DNA of 64,000 bases from Escherichia coli (GCF_003019035.1 NZ_CP027447.1), one strand, 5' to 3'; positions 45,457-57,800 are shown, counted from the stretch's first letter. The notes: generated by a model from the sequence alone, not told the origin. Translations and numbers: made by a program.

Positions 45457-46131
45457 TTAAATTTTGTCACTAATATAGTTGCCATGGTCATCGATAATGG
45501 TCAGATGCCAGTTATTCGCATTATTACTTTTGACATTAATACTCTGACTTTCTAAGGGGGCAATCATAATAGTTTCATAATTGACTTTGACATTATTAGC
45601 TTTGACATCCGAAATCGTCACCCAATTTGCTGAGTCATTTTTTATCACCAATCCATTGCCACTGCGATTTACCCGTAACTTTTTAAATGTCGCTTTATTT
45701 ACCGGTGCAATACCCGCAGGCCGGTAAAACAATTTGATTCTGTTTTGCATTGCAAATTTCAGTGCATTCTTGCCCTCTTGCTCTGGACTATTTGGTGGAA
45801 TATCCAGAACATTCAGATAAAAAATGCTCTCTTTATTAGTGGGCAGTTTATTCGGCATAATTTTGATTTTTACTTGCTGCCCGGAATTTGCCCCTATTTT
45901 TGCCACTGGTGGCGTTAACATGAAAGGAACCTGAATTTTTTCTGGTGGTAACGACGTATCACCATCATCAATCCACGCCTGCAGCAGCGAAGAACGGTTT
46001 CCCTGATTCATCAACTGCACCATCACTTCTTTATTTTCTGCCGGGTAAATAATACGCGTCCCGTAGATAACAATACCGGCATGTGCAGGAAGGACCATAG
46101 AAGAAATGAGTAAAGCAAATAATCCTTTCAT
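45457..46131 (-). CDS. yehC: Fimbrial periplasmic chaperone YehC
   Basis: 224-aa ORF with a signal peptide, PapD-like size, in operon context. Confidence 0.85.
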   Translation of the reverse strand: MKGLFALLISSMVLPAHAGIVIYGTRIIYPAENKEVMVQLMNQGNRSSLLQAWIDDGDTSLPPEKIQVPFMLTPPVAKIGANSGQQVKIKIMPNKLPTNKESIFYLNVLDIPPNSPEQEGKNALKFAMQNRIKLFYRPAGIAPVNKATFKKLRVNRSGNGLVIKNDSANWVTISDVKANNVKVNYETIMIAPLESQSINVKSNNANNWHLTIIDDHGNYISDKI

Positions 46132-46211
46132 CTTAATGCCTCTTAAATTAAAAGGCCGCCATGGGGATAGCGGCCATGTTTATTACCTGGAGAAACTTGA
46201 AATTTTATTTA

Positions 46212-46754
46212 TTAATCCTGCGCCACACGCATAACCAGAGAAGATAACACATCACCTGATTGCACTGAATTATCTGTCAGCTTCAGGTATTTTGCTTTAA
46301 ACGGAATAGCATATTGACCTTCCGCTGTTTTATAACTCTCAATGTTAAAAGGTGCAGAAACATCCAGGACATCGCTGTTATCACCTAAATAGAGATAGTA
46401 CCCCACGGTATCGTTGCTACTGGCTATCGCCTTATCGTTTCCGGTTATTTTATCGTTGGTAATCAACGAGAGTTTTACACCAGCAACTTCTTTCGGACAG
46501 CTAATTTTTAACATGCTGCTGGTTACACCGACTGCATCATCATAGGTCGAGTATTTAGCTTTACCTTCAAAGACAGTGGTTGGTACAGTTGGCATATTAA
46601 TACTTACTGAATCGCCACCCGCTTCGAATTTACACGGAGATTCTGCAATATTCCCTTTAATGGTTAATGTTCCGGTATCAACGTCTGCGGCAAATACCCC
46701 AGCGCTCATAAAAAAAGAAGAAAAGACAGCGGCAGCAATAATTGAACGTTTCAT
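46212..46754 (-). CDS. yehD: Fimbrial major subunit YehD
   Basis: 180-aa ORF with a signal peptide (MKRSIIAAAVFSSFFMSAGVFA), first gene of the operon. Confidence 0.85.
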   Translation of the reverse strand: MKRSIIAAAVFSSFFMSAGVFAADVDTGTLTIKGNIAESPCKFEAGGDSVSINMPTVPTTVFEGKAKYSTYDDAVGVTSSMLKISCPKEVAGVKLSLITNDKITGNDKAIASSNDTVGYYLYLGDNSDVLDVSAPFNIESYKTAEGQYAIPFKAKYLKLTDNSVQSGDVLSSLVMRVAQD

Positions 46755-46976
46755 AATATGTTCCTTAATAAAATTTATTTTTTGGTTGTTAAGAGTCTGT
46801 ATCTCTTGGAAACAAATTTCTCACATCAAAAAAGTTGCTGCAATGTAAACATATTGTTTTATTGATTTAAAACAAATTAACTATTGCAATATAAATACAA
46901 CAAATACTTAAGCATATTAAATATTTATCACATCTATTAATTAATGCGGATTTTTGTAAATGGTATTATTGATATC

Positions 46977-47016
46977 AATAAAAAAGCTGAAATCATTCAC
47001 ACGAATGATTTCAGCT
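46977..47016 (-). terminator. Rho-independent terminator downstream of yehE
   Basis: Perfect 14-bp inverted repeat AGCTGAAATCATTC / GAATGATTTCAGCT followed on the minus strand by a T-run. Confidence 0.7.
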
Positions 47017-47049
47017 TTCTAAATCCGATTAAAAAACCAGGGTGGCAAA

Positions 47050-47331
47050 TTAATCGTAGCGATTTAACACGATTCGACGTTTGCTATCGCTACCTGCAAC
47101 AACCACTTCTGTCGTTACACCTTTGACTGGCGAAGAAACCTGATGACGGGTATCAACATCATACGTTAACTGACCACAATGCTGTTGAGGTTGACCATTA
47201 ACCATAGCCATACTGCATGTTGGGGGACTGATCCTGCCATTAATCGTTAATGTGGCAGTCTGTGAAGAGAACGCGGGAGAAGCCATTCCATAGGCAAGAA
47301 AAATAATTCCTGACAGCCAGTACTTATTCAT
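47050..47331 (-). CDS. yehE: Small secreted protein YehE
   Basis: 93-aa ORF with a signal peptide (MNKYWLSGIIFLAYGMASPAFS). Confidence 0.8.
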   Translation of the reverse strand: MNKYWLSGIIFLAYGMASPAFSSQTATLTINGRISPPTCSMAMVNGQPQQHCGQLTYDVDTRHQVSSPVKGVTTEVVVAGSDSKRRIVLNRYD

Positions 47332-47522
47332 TGAACGTTATCCCTGTAGTAAAGGTTATGCCTGGATAGAATGAGTGCATAACAAACTATAGCTGTACAT
47401 CCACTACACAGCCACGAAGGATGATAATGAAGCATTGCCTGTACGATCAATCGACTTTATAGAGTTTCGGACGAAGGTCCGCAGAATATTTGCAGCATTA
47501 AATAAGTGTTCATTAATGCGGC

Positions 47523-47565
47523 AAAAACAAATACACCGCATCAATGTAACATCTCTGCGGTGTAT
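47523..47565 (-). terminator. Rho-independent terminator downstream of apbC/mrp
   Basis: Perfect 10-bp inverted repeat ATACACCGCA / TGCGGTGTAT followed on the minus strand by TTGTTTTT. Confidence 0.65.
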
Positions 47566-47593
47566 GAAAAACAACCAAAAAGGTTAATACGCG

Positions 47594-48703
47594 TTAGACC
47601 GCGCGGAAGGAAATCTCGCCAGGAATGACTTCTCCCTGCCAATAAAGCTGGGCTGCAACGCGGTCAGCCAGCTGGCGGTAGATAGCGGTAAATTCGCTCT
47701 CCGGACGGCTGATAACCGTTGGCGTGCCTTTATCGAGATCTTCACGTAAGGAGATGTGTAACGGCATCTGCCCCAGCAACTGCGTGTGGTATTTCTCGGC
47801 CAGTTTCTCTGCACCACCGGTACCGAAAATCGGTTCATGGTGACCACAGTTACTGCAAATATGCACACTCATGTTCTCGACAATACCGAGCACCGGAACC
47901 TCGACTTTCTCGAACATCACAATGCCTTTTTTCGCATCGATCAACGCAATGTCCTGCGGGGTGGTGACCACTACCGCGCCAGTTACTGGAATGTTTTGTG
48001 CCAGTGTCAATTGAATGTCACCGGTGCCTGGCGGCATATCAAGCACCAGATAGTCGAGATCCGGCCACAAGGTTTCCTGCAACATTTGCATTAACGCCTT
48101 GCTCGCCATCGGACCACGCCACACCATCGCATTGTCGTCAGTGACCAGATAACCAATTGAATTGGTTGCAAGGCCATGAGACATAATCGGTGCCATGTGG
48201 GTACCGTCCGGCGAAGTTGGACGCTGATTTTCTGCGCCCAGCATGGTGGGGATTGATGGGCCGTAGATATCGGCGTCCAGAATGCCGACTTTCGCCCCTT
48301 CCGCCGCCAGTGCCAACGCCAGGTTTACCGCCGTGGAAGATTTACCCACGCCGCCTTTACCGGAACTGACCGCAATGATGTTCTTCACGCCATTAATACC
48401 CGGCTGATTCTTCACGCGTTTTAAGGTGGCGATATTGTGCGACAGTTTCCAGTCGATAGCTTTCGCCCCGGTGATACGCAGCAGTTCGGCGCTACATTGC
48501 TCTTTTAACTCTTCGAACGCGCTATGCCAGACGAATGGCATAACCAGTTCCACATGCAACGTGTCGTCCATCCAGGCGACATGGTGCAACGCTTTCAGCG
48601 TGGTGAGGTTATGCTTCAGGGTTGGGTGCTGAAAATTGGCCAGTGTCCCGGCGACCATTGCGCGCAAGGCTTCTGGTGATTTGGCCTGGGATTGTTCGTT
48701 CAT
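47594..48703 (-). CDS. apbC: Fe-S cluster carrier ATPase ApbC (Mrp)
   Basis: 369-aa ORF with a deviant Walker A (SGKGGVGKSS) and a CxxC pair; Mrp/NBP35 family. Confidence 0.92.
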   Translation of the reverse strand: MNEQSQAKSPEALRAMVAGTLANFQHPTLKHNLTTLKALHHVAWMDDTLHVELVMPFVWHSAFEELKEQCSAELLRITGAKAIDWKLSHNIATLKRVKNQPGINGVKNIIAVSSGKGGVGKSSTAVNLALALAAEGAKVGILDADIYGPSIPTMLGAENQRPTSPDGTHMAPIMSHGLATNSIGYLVTDDNAMVWRGPMASKALMQMLQETLWPDLDYLVLDMPPGTGDIQLTLAQNIPVTGAVVVTTPQDIALIDAKKGIVMFEKVEVPVLGIVENMSVHICSNCGHHEPIFGTGGAEKLAEKYHTQLLGQMPLHISLREDLDKGTPTVISRPESEFTAIYRQLADRVAAQLYWQGEVIPGEISFRAV

Positions 48704-48870
48704 CCCGACTCCTTATTTATAAAGATAACTTATCGCTATTAGTTTACCTGAAGTTAACAGCTAAGTACTTACCTAATAATGCATCATAAGATGCTTGCAC
48801 AGGACTTACGTAACCATGCCCCATTTGGTACTATCTAAGCCCTTTTCACTACAAAGAAGTAATGCCTACT

Positions 48871-50904
48871 ATGACTCAAGTCGCGAAGAAAATTCTGGTG
48901 ACGTGCGCACTGCCGTACGCTAACGGCTCAATCCACCTCGGCCATATGCTGGAGCACATCCAGGCTGATGTCTGGGTCCGTTACCAGCGAATGCGCGGCC
49001 ACGAGGTCAACTTCATCTGCGCCGACGATGCCCACGGTACACCGATCATGCTGAAAGCTCAGCAGCTCGGTATCACCCCGGAGCAGATGATTGGCGAAAT
49101 GAGTCAGGAGCATCAGACTGATTTCGCAGGCTTTAACATCAGCTATGACAACTATCACTCGACGCACAGCGAAGAGAACCGCCAGTTGTCAGAACTTATC
49201 TACTCTCGCCTGAAAGAAAACGGTTTTATTAAAAACCGCACTATTTCTCAGCTGTACGATCCGGAAAAAGGCATGTTCCTGCCGGACCGTTTTGTGAAAG
49301 GCACCTGCCCGAAATGTAAATCCCCGGATCAATACGGCGATAACTGCGAAGTCTGCGGCGCGACCTACAGCCCGACTGAATTGATCGAGCCGAAATCGGT
49401 GGTTTCTGGCGCTACGCCGGTAATGCGTGATTCTGAACACTTCTTCTTTGATCTGCCCTCTTTCAGCGAAATGTTGCAGGCATGGACCCGCAGCGGTGCG
49501 TTGCAGGAGCAGGTGGCAAATAAAATGCAGGAGTGGTTTGAATCCGGCCTGCAACAGTGGGATATCTCCCGCGACGCGCCGTACTTCGGTTTTGAAATTC
49601 CGAACGCGCCGGGTAAATATTTCTACGTCTGGCTGGATGCGCCGATTGGCTATATGGGTTCTTTCAAGAATCTGTGCGACAAGCGCGGCGACAGCGTAAG
49701 CTTCGATGAATACTGGAAGAAAGACTCCACCGCCGAGCTGTACCACTTCATCGGTAAAGATATTGTTTACTTCCACAGCCTGTTCTGGCCAGCAATGCTG
49801 GAAGGCAGCAACTTCCGCAAGCCGACCAACCTGTTTGTTCATGGCTATGTGACGGTGAACGGCGCGAAGATGTCTAAGTCTCGCGGTACCTTTATTAAGG
49901 CCAGCACCTGGCTGAATCATTTTGACGCCGACAGCCTGCGTTACTACTACACTGCGAAACTCTCTTCGCGCATTGATGATATCGATCTCAACCTGGAAGA
50001 TTTCGTTCAGCGCGTGAATGCCGATATCGTTAACAAAGTGGTTAACCTGGCCTCTCGTAATGCGGGCTTTATCAACAAGCGTTTTGACGGCGTGCTGGCA
50101 AGCGAACTGGCTGACCCGCAGTTGTACAAAACCTTCACGGATGCCGCTGAAGTGATTGGTGAAGCGTGGGAAAGCCGCGAATTTGGTAAAGCAGTGCGCG
50201 AAATCATGGCGCTGGCTGATCTGGCTAACCGCTATGTCGATGAACAGGCTCCGTGGGTGGTGGCAAAACAGGAAGGCCGCGATGCCGACCTGCAGGCAAT
50301 TTGCTCAATGGGCATAAACCTGTTCCGCGTGCTGATGACTTACCTGAAGCCGGTACTGCCGAAACTGACCGAGCGCGCAGAAGCATTCCTCAATACAGAA
50401 CTGACCTGGGATGGTATCCAGCAACCGCTGCTGGGCCACAAAGTGAATCCGTTCAAAGCGCTGTATAACCGCATCGATATGAAGCAGGTTGAAGCACTGG
50501 TGGAAGCGTCTAAAGAAGAAGTGAAAGCAGCTGCCGCGCCAGTTACTGGCCCACTGGCAGATGATCCGATTCAGGAAACCATCACCTTTGACGACTTCGC
50601 CAAAGTTGACCTGCGCGTGGCGCTGATCGAAAACGCAGAGTTTGTTGAAGGTTCTGACAAACTGCTGCGCCTGACGCTGGATCTCGGCGGTGAAAAACGC
50701 AATGTCTTCTCCGGCATTCGTTCTGCTTACCCGGATCCGCAGGCACTTATTGGTCGTCATACCATTATGGTGGCTAACCTGGCACCACGTAAAATGCGCT
50801 TCGGTATCTCCGAAGGCATGGTGATGGCTGCCGGTCCTGGCGGGAAAGATATCTTCCTGCTAAGCCCGGATGCTGGTGCTAAACCGGGTCATCAGGTGAA
50901 ATAA
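48871..50904 (+). CDS. metG: Methionyl-tRNA synthetase
   Basis: 677 aa from [25 protein letters not shown], with the HIGH-type motif, KMSKS and C-terminal tRNA-binding domain. The ORF track adds 3 codons upstream. Confidence 0.95.
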   Translation: MTQVAKKILVTCALPYANGSIHLGHMLEHIQADVWVRYQRMRGHEVNFICADDAHGTPIMLKAQQLGITPEQMIGEMSQEHQTDFAGFNISYDNYHSTHSEENRQLSELIYSRLKENGFIKNRTISQLYDPEKGMFLPDRFVKGTCPKCKSPDQYGDNCEVCGATYSPTELIEPKSVVSGATPVMRDSEHFFFDLPSFSEMLQAWTRSGALQEQVANKMQEWFESGLQQWDISRDAPYFGFEIPNAPGKYFYVWLDAPIGYMGSFKNLCDKRGDSVSFDEYWKKDSTAELYHFIGKDIVYFHSLFWPAMLEGSNFRKPTNLFVHGYVTVNGAKMSKSRGTFIKASTWLNHFDADSLRYYYTAKLSSRIDDIDLNLEDFVQRVNADIVNKVVNLASRNAGFINKRFDGVLASELADPQLYKTFTDAAEVIGEAWESREFGKAVREIMALADLANRYVDEQAPWVVAKQEGRDADLQAICSMGINLFRVLMTYLKPVLPKLTERAEAFLNTELTWDGIQQPLLGHKVNPFKALYNRIDMKQVEALVEASKEEVKAAAAPVTGPLADDPIQETITFDDFAKVDLRVALIENAEFVEGSDKLLRLTLDLGGEKRNVFSGIRSAYPDPQALIGRHTIMVANLAPRKMRFGISEGMVMAAGPGGKDIFLLSPDAGAKPGHQVK

Positions 50905-50913
50905 TCCCCCTTC

Positions 50914-50943
50914 AAGGCGCTGCATCGACAGCGCCTTTTCTTT
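50914..50943 (+). terminator. Rho-independent terminator of metG
   Basis: AAGGCGCTG-catcga-CAGCGCCTT hairpin followed by TTTCTTT. Confidence 0.8.
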
Positions 50944-51044
50944 ATAAATTCCTAAAGTTGTTTTCTTGCGATTTTGTCTCTCTCTAACCCGCATAAATAC
51001 TGGTAGCATCAGCATTCAACTGGATAAAATTACAGGGATGCAGA

Positions 51045-54000
51045 ATGAGACACTTTATCTATCAGGACGAAAAATCACATAAATTCTGGGCGGTGGAGCA
51101 GCAGGGAAACGAGTTGCATATCTGTTGGGGAAAAGTTGGCACCAAAGGGCAAAACCAAGTAAAAAGTTTTGCGGATGCTGCGGCAGCGGCAAAAGCGGAG
51201 CTTAAGCTGATCGCGGAGAAGGTGAAGAAGGGATATGTGGAGCAAGCGAAGGATAATTCTTTGCAACCTTCCCAAACGGTAACGGACTCTCTCAAGGTAG
51301 CGGACTTATCCACCATTATTCAGGAACAACCCTCTTTCGTAGCAGAAACCCGTGCGGCTGACAAAAATACAGATGCTGTTTTACCGTGGCTGGCAAAAGA
51401 TATTGCTGTCGTTTTTCCGCTTGAAGTCGTACCCACCACCTTAAGCCATCGCCGCTTTCCCGGAGATCCTGTTACACCTGTAGATAAATTAACCCAGTTA
51501 CGTCGCTTAGCCTGTGGCGTGTCGCAACGGGATAACAAAACAGCTACATTTGACTTCAGCGCCTGTACTTTAGAGTGGCAAAACTTCATCGCTCAGGCGA
51601 TCGATCTGATTAACAGCCCGAAAACGACAAAATTACCATCACCGGTAATGGCTGTACTCGCGGCACTTGAACTGCACTGCACGAGATATAAAGAGCGTGA
51701 GGATGTTATGGATCAGATTATTCAGGAAGGCGGTCTGGAATATGCTACTGATGTAATAATACATCTTCAACAAATATCTATTGAATGGGATTATGTCAAC
51801 AATAATATTGTTTTCCTGTCGTCTGGCATTTCACCTGATTACTTGCAGCAATATTCCAGCTTTGAATTACGCCTACGTAAACATTTATCACTGGCGGAAG
51901 AGTCTCTCTGGCAAAAATGTGCACAAAAACTTATTGCCGCAGTTCCACATATTCCAGAATGGCGGCAACCATTAATTGCTTTGTTATTACCCGAAAAACC
52001 AGAAATTGCACATGAAATTGCCCAGCGTCTACTGGGGCAAAAGAAATTACCCTCGCTTGAGTGGCTAAAAATAGTGGCGACTGATGAGCACATTCTTGCC
52101 TCATTAGAAAAATATCACGAGCCATATGCCATTTTTGATGATTACTATTGTGGTGCGATATGGTCAGCCACCGTATTACAGGAGCAAGGTGTTGCAGCCC
52201 TGCCCCGATTTGCACCCTATGTCGCAAGTGACTACTGCGCCGATGTGTTGAGTCATATCAATCATCCGTTCGCATTAACACTGCTTATACGTGTAGCCGG
52301 GCATACTAAACGCTGTCACGATCGAATGACGAAAGCCTGCGCTGCGTTCCCACACGCAGCACTGGCAGCACTGGCGGAACTTCTAGTGCAAAAAGAAGAG
52401 AATAGTTGGCGCATTATGCTAATGACGATGCTTATCTCGCAACCTACACTAGCAGAACAGGTCATTCCCTGGCTTTCGACACCCGCAGTTGCAGTGCTGA
52501 AATCATGCCAGCAACAACTGAAACAGCCCTCAAACCATGCCAGTGCCGATCTACTGCCGGCCATAGTAGTCTCCCCACCATGGCTTTCGAAAAAGAAAAA
52601 ATCGCCGATTCCGGTGCTTGATTTAGCACCGCTCAACCTCGAATCCATATGCACAATAACCGACACAGAAGCTAAAGAGTTTCAAACTCATTGGGACTGG
52701 GAACCGCATAAGCCAGGTGAAGGTGCTAAAGATTTCCTTTACTCGCTGGGGTATCGCCGCTGGGATTTTGACACATATAAATATATCGGCGCTTCTGACT
52801 CGGCAATTGACGCATGGGAACGTGAGGACTTCGCTACACTCATCCAAATGTTTAAAGCCCACCATGCACCGTATCAGGGGGAGTGGCATCTCAACTCACT
52901 TCCCTTTTTACCTATGCAAAAAGCGATTAAACTATGGGAATTTCTCAGCAAAGAGCCGCATACCGCGGTAAAACCTGTCATGCTTTATTTGCGACTGGCA
53001 GGTATGAGTGGTTTTCTACACTCGTTTTCACGCTACCCTCAAGAAGGTTTTGCGGTTGCTAATTATTTTGCCGCAACGGAACTGGCTCCTGCCGTCGCCC
53101 GCGCCTTTAACAAACTCAAAACTCTACGACAAGACGCCCGCACCTGGCTGCTGAAATATCCGGAACATGCCATTACCGGCCTGTTGCCTGCGGCACTCGG
53201 CAAAGCCGGTGAATCCCAGGATAACGCCCGTGCCGCTTTACGTATGTTGATTGAAAATGGTTATCCGTCATTACTGCAAGAAATCGCCCAGCGTTATAAC
53301 CAGCCGGAAGTAACCGATGCGGTGAACGCTCTACTTGCGCTCGATCCCTTAGATAATCACCCGACTAAAATCCCGACACTTCCGGCCTTTTATCAGCCAT
53401 CGCTCTGGACGCGCCCGGTATTAAAAGCAAACGCCCAATCACTGCCAGATAGCGCCCTCTTCCACCTCGGTGAAATGCTCCGCTTCCCTCAGGAAGATAC
53501 GCTGTATCCGGGGTTATTACAGGTGAAAGACGCCTGTACTGCCGACTCACTGGCTGAGTTTGCCTGGGATCTGTTTACCGCCTGGCAGACCGCTGGCGTG
53601 CCGTCGAAAGAGAGCTGGGCGTTCACTGCATTAGGTGTTCTTGGCAACGATGACACCGCCCGCAAACTGACGCCATTAATCCGCGCCTGGCCTGGCGAAT
53701 CTCAGCATAAACGTGCCACCGTTGGGTTGGATATTCTCGCTGCTATCGGCAGCGATATCGCCCTGATGCAGCTTAACGGCATCGCCCAGAAACTGAAATT
53801 CAAAGCCTTACAGGAGCGGGCGAAAGAAAAAATTGCCGACATTGCCGAAAGTCGCGAACTCACAGTGGCAGAACTTGAAGATCGGTTAGCACCGGATCTC
53901 GGTCTGGATGATAACGGTTCGCTGCTGCTGGATTTCGGGCCACGGCAGTTCACCGTCAGCTTTGATGAAACCTTAAAACCGTTTGTGCGTGATGCTTCCG

Positions 54001-54833
54001 GCAGCCGCCTGAAAGACTTGCCTAAACCGAACAAAAGCGATGATGAAACCCAAGCGAACGATGCAGTTAACCGCTACAAACTGTTGAAAAAAGATGCGCG
54101 TACCGTTGCCGCCCAGCAGGTAGCAAGGCTGGAATCCGCCATGTGCCTGCGCCGCCGCTGGTCGCCGGAAAACTTTCAGCTCTTCCTGGTTGAGCATCCG
54201 CTGGTTCGCCACTTAACCCGCCGTCTGATTTGGGGCGTTTATAGCACCGAAAACGAGCTACTGGCTTGCTTTCGCGTGGCGGAAGATAACAGCTACAGCA
54301 CCGCAGACGATGATCTTTTCACCCTGCCGGAAGGCGATATCTCTGTTGGCATTCCTCACGTTCTGGAAATATCACCCACGGATGCTGCCGCCTTTGGTCA
54401 ACTTTTTGCCGACTACGAACTGCTACCGCCGTTCCGCCAGCTCGACCGTAACAGTTACGCCCTGACAGAAGCCGAGCGCAACGCCAGCGAACTGACCCGC
54501 TGGGCAGGCAGAAAATGCCCGAGCGGTCGGGTAATGGGGCTGGCGAATAAAGGCTGGATAAAGGGCACCCCGCAGGATGGAGGCTGGATCGGCTGGATGA
54601 TCAAACCTCTCGGTCGCTGGTCGTTAATCATGGAAATCAATGAAGGATTTGCAGTTGGTATGTCGCCAGCCGAACTCAGTGCCGAGCAACTCTTAAGTAA
54701 GCTGTGGCTATGGGAAGGCAAAGCGGAAAGCTATGGCTGGGGGAGCAATTCAACACAGGAAGCGCAGTTCTCCGTACTCGATGCCATCACCGCCAGCGAG
54801 CTAATTAACGATATTGAAGCCCTTTTTGAATAA
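51045..54833 (+). CDS. yehH: Large WGR-like N-terminal domain protein YehH (MolR-like), intact
   Basis: 1262-aa uninterrupted ORF. N-terminus FIYQDEKSHKFWAVEQQGNELHICWGKVG looks like a WGR domain. It shares long collinear blocks with the downstream paralog. Confidence 0.85.
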   Translation: MRHFIYQDEKSHKFWAVEQQGNELHICWGKVGTKGQNQVKSFADAAAAAKAELKLIAEKVKKGYVEQAKDNSLQPSQTVTDSLKVADLSTIIQEQPSFVAETRAADKNTDAVLPWLAKDIAVVFPLEVVPTTLSHRRFPGDPVTPVDKLTQLRRLACGVSQRDNKTATFDFSACTLEWQNFIAQAIDLINSPKTTKLPSPVMAVLAALELHCTRYKEREDVMDQIIQEGGLEYATDVIIHLQQISIEWDYVNNNIVFLSSGISPDYLQQYSSFELRLRKHLSLAEESLWQKCAQKLIAAVPHIPEWRQPLIALLLPEKPEIAHEIAQRLLGQKKLPSLEWLKIVATDEHILASLEKYHEPYAIFDDYYCGAIWSATVLQEQGVAALPRFAPYVASDYCADVLSHINHPFALTLLIRVAGHTKRCHDRMTKACAAFPHAALAALAELLVQKEENSWRIMLMTMLISQPTLAEQVIPWLSTPAVAVLKSCQQQLKQPSNHASADLLPAIVVSPPWLSKKKKSPIPVLDLAPLNLESICTITDTEAKEFQTHWDWEPHKPGEGAKDFLYSLGYRRWDFDTYKYIGASDSAIDAWEREDFATLIQMFKAHHAPYQGEWHLNSLPFLPMQKAIKLWEFLSKEPHTAVKPVMLYLRLAGMSGFLHSFSRYPQEGFAVANYFAATELAPAVARAFNKLKTLRQDARTWLLKYPEHAITGLLPAALGKAGESQDNARAALRMLIENGYPSLLQEIAQRYNQPEVTDAVNALLALDPLDNHPTKIPTLPAFYQPSLWTRPVLKANAQSLPDSALFHLGEMLRFPQEDTLYPGLLQVKDACTADSLAEFAWDLFTAWQTAGVPSKESWAFTALGVLGNDDTARKLTPLIRAWPGESQHKRATVGLDILAAIGSDIALMQLNGIAQKLKFKALQERAKEKIADIAESRELTVAELEDRLAPDLGLDDNGSLLLDFGPRQFTVSFDETLKPFVRDASGSRLKDLPKPNKSDDETQANDAVNRYKLLKKDARTVAAQQVARLESAMCLRRRWSPENFQLFLVEHPLVRHLTRRLIWGVYSTENELLACFRVAEDNSYSTADDDLFTLPEGDISVGIPHVLEISPTDAAAFGQLFADYELLPPFRQLDRNSYALTEAERNASELTRWAGRKCPSGRVMGLANKGWIKGTPQDGGWIGWMIKPLGRWSLIMEINEGFAVGMSPAELSAEQLLSKLWLWEGKAESYGWGSNSTQEAQFSVLDAITASELINDIEALFE

Positions 54834-54842
54834 GGAAAGAGC

Positions 54843-57800
54843 ATGGACAAGGAATTACCGTGGCTGGCGGATAACGCGCAACTGGAACTGAAATATAAAA
54901 AGGGTAAAACACCACTCAGCCATCGCAATTGGCCGGGTGAACCGGTGCCTGTTATCACTGAAAGCATCATCCAGACACTGGGTGATGAATTGCTACACAT
55001 TGCTGAGAAGAAAAAAAACATTGTCTGGCGTTATGATAATTTTTCACTGGAGTGGCAGTCCGCCATCACGCAGGCCATCAACTTGATCGGCGAACACAAA
55101 CCCTCAATCCCGGCCCGGACAATGGCGGCGCTAGCCTGTATCGCGCAAAATGATAGCCAACAGTTACTCGACGAAATCGTCCAACAAGAGGGACTGGAAT
55201 ATGCGACTGAAGTGGTGATTGCACGCCAGTTTATTGTACGGTGTTATGAGAGTGATCCTCTGGTAGTAACATTGCAGTATCAGAAGGAGGACTATGGCTA
55301 TGGCTATGGCTATGGCTATGGCTATGGCTATGGTTATCGCTCAGAAACCTATAACGAATTCGATCTCCGACTGCGTAAGCATCTCTCTCTGGCAGAGGAA
55401 AGCTGCTGGCAGCGTTGCGCCGACAAACTCATTGCCGCACTGCCAGGACTACCCCAAGTTCGCCGTCCTTTTATTGCACTCATCCTCCCGGAAAAACCAG
55501 AAATCGCCAATGAGTTGGTAGGCCTTGAATGCCCGTGGACTCATTTTCATTCTAAGGAGTGGTTAAAAGTTGTTGCTACTGACCACAGGGCAGTGGGAAA
55601 ACTCGAACGCTACTGGAGCCAGGATATATTTAGCGATCGCGAAGCCAGCTACATGTCGCATGAAAACCACTTCGGCTACGCGGCCTGCGCCGCCCTTTTG
55701 CGCGAACAAGGAATTGCAGCCGTTCCACGCCTCGCGATGTATGCCCATAAAGAAGATTGCGGTAGCCTGCTGGTACAAATTAACCATCCGCAGGTCATCC
55801 GCACCCTGCTGTTAGTTGCTGATAAAAACAAACCCAGCCTGCAACGTGTGGCTAAATACAGTAAAAACTTCCCCCATGCGACGCTTGCCGCACTGGCAGA
55901 GCTTCTGGCGTTAAAAGAACCGCCTGCACGCCCTGGTTATCCAATCATCGAAGACAAAAAGCTGCCTGCACAGCAAAAAGCTCGAGATGAATACTGGCGT
56001 ACGCTGTTACAAACGCTGATGGCATCGCAGCCACAACTGGCAGAAGAGGTGATGCCGTGGTTAAGTACTCAAGCCCAGGCAGTGCTGAATAGTTATTTAT
56101 CGGCACCGCCCAAAACGGTTATTGATAGCACCGATAACATCCAAATGCCTGAAATCCTCGTTTCACCACCGTGGCGTAGTAAGAAAAAAATGACAGTTCC
56201 ACGTCTTGATTTGGCACCGTTCGAATTAACGCCGCAAGTTTACTGGCAACCAGGCGAACGAGAGAGGCTTGCCGCCACTGAGTCTGCCCGTTATTTCAGC
56301 ACGGAATCTCTTGCGGAACGCATGGAACAAAAAAGTGGACGAGTTGTATTACAGGAGCTGGGTTTTGGAGATGATGTATGGCTGTTTTTGAATTATATAC
56401 TCCCCGGAAAACTGGATGCTGCACGCAATTCACTCATTGTTCAGTGGCATTACTACCCAGGGCGGGTTGAAGAGATCATGAATGGCTGGAGCTCCCCGGA
56501 AGCTCAATTAGCAGAACAGGCGCTTCGCAACGGTCACGTAGAAGTGTTAATTAACATATGGGAAAATGACAGCTACTCACGCTATCGTCGGGAAAAGAGT
56601 ATCTGGAACCTGTATTTATTGGCGCAGTTGCCGCGTGAGATGGCTTTGACTTTCTGGCTACGTATCAATGAGAAAAAGCATCTGTCTGCGGGTGAGGACT
56701 ATTATCTCAGTATCTTCGGATTGGATGCTCTACCAGGTCTGCTGTTGGCTTTTTCACATCGTCCAAAAGAAACATTTCCATTAATTTTAAATTTCGGCGC
56801 AACAGAACTGGCCCTGCCCGTTGCCCGCGTCTGGCGACGTTTCGCGGCGCAGCGTGATCTGGCTCGCCAGTGGATTTTACATTGGCCGGAACATACAGCT
56901 ACTGCACTTATCCCTCTTGTCTTCACCAAATCCAGCGATAATAGCGAAGCTGCATTACTTGCCCTGCGTTTACTTTACGAACAGGGACATGGCGAGTTAC
57001 TGCAAACCGTGGCAAACCGCTGGCAGCGTACAGATGTGTGGCCTGCCCTGGAGCAATTACTTAAACAGAGTCCAATAGAGATTTACCCGACACGCATTCC
57101 AAAAGCCCCTGATTTCTGGCAGCCGGCAATGTGGTCCAGGCCGCGCCTTATCACGAATAATCAACCTGTTACCGATGACGCTCTGGAAATTATCGGCGAA
57201 ATGCTGTGCTTTACCCAGGGCGGACGTTTTTATAGCGGACTGGAACAACTGAAAACTTTCTGCCAGCCGCAAACGCTGGCAGCTTTTGCCTGGGATCTCT
57301 TCACCGCGTGGCAACAAGCTGGTGCTACCGCAAAAGACAACTGGGCATTTCTGGCGTTAAGTCTCTTTGGCGACGAAAGCACGGCACGGGATCTGACGAC
57401 ACAGATCCTTGCCTGGCCACAAGAGGGCAAATCTGCCCGTGCTGTCAGTGGTCTGAATATACTTACTCAGATGAATAATGATATGGCACTGATACAGCTG
57501 CATCATATATCGCAACGGGCGAAATCCCGCCCCTTACGTGATAACGCGGCGGAATTTCTTCAGGTGGTCGCAGAAAATCGTGGGCTAAGCCAGGAACAGT
57601 TAGCGGACAGATTAGTCCCAACACTGGGTCTTGATGATCCGCAGGCGTTGAGTTTTGATTTTGGTCCCCGGCAGTTTACCGTTCGCTTTGATGAAAACCT
57701 TAACCCGGTTATCTTTGATCAGCAAAACGTTCGCCAGAAAAGCGTTCCCCGGTTGCGCGCCGATGACGATCAACTGAAAGCGCCCGAGGCACTGGCCCGA

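Noticed and set aside
49189-49920. 243-aa ORF on the minus strand
   Set aside because: Antisense to metG, an essential gene with unmistakable motifs; Arg/Ala-rich composition typical of a spurious GC-rich antisense frame.
55294-55521. 75-aa ORF beginning MAMAMAMAMAMAM
   Set aside because: Out-of-frame reading of the (TATGGC)n microsatellite inside yehI; the in-frame YehI reading is continuous across the repeat.
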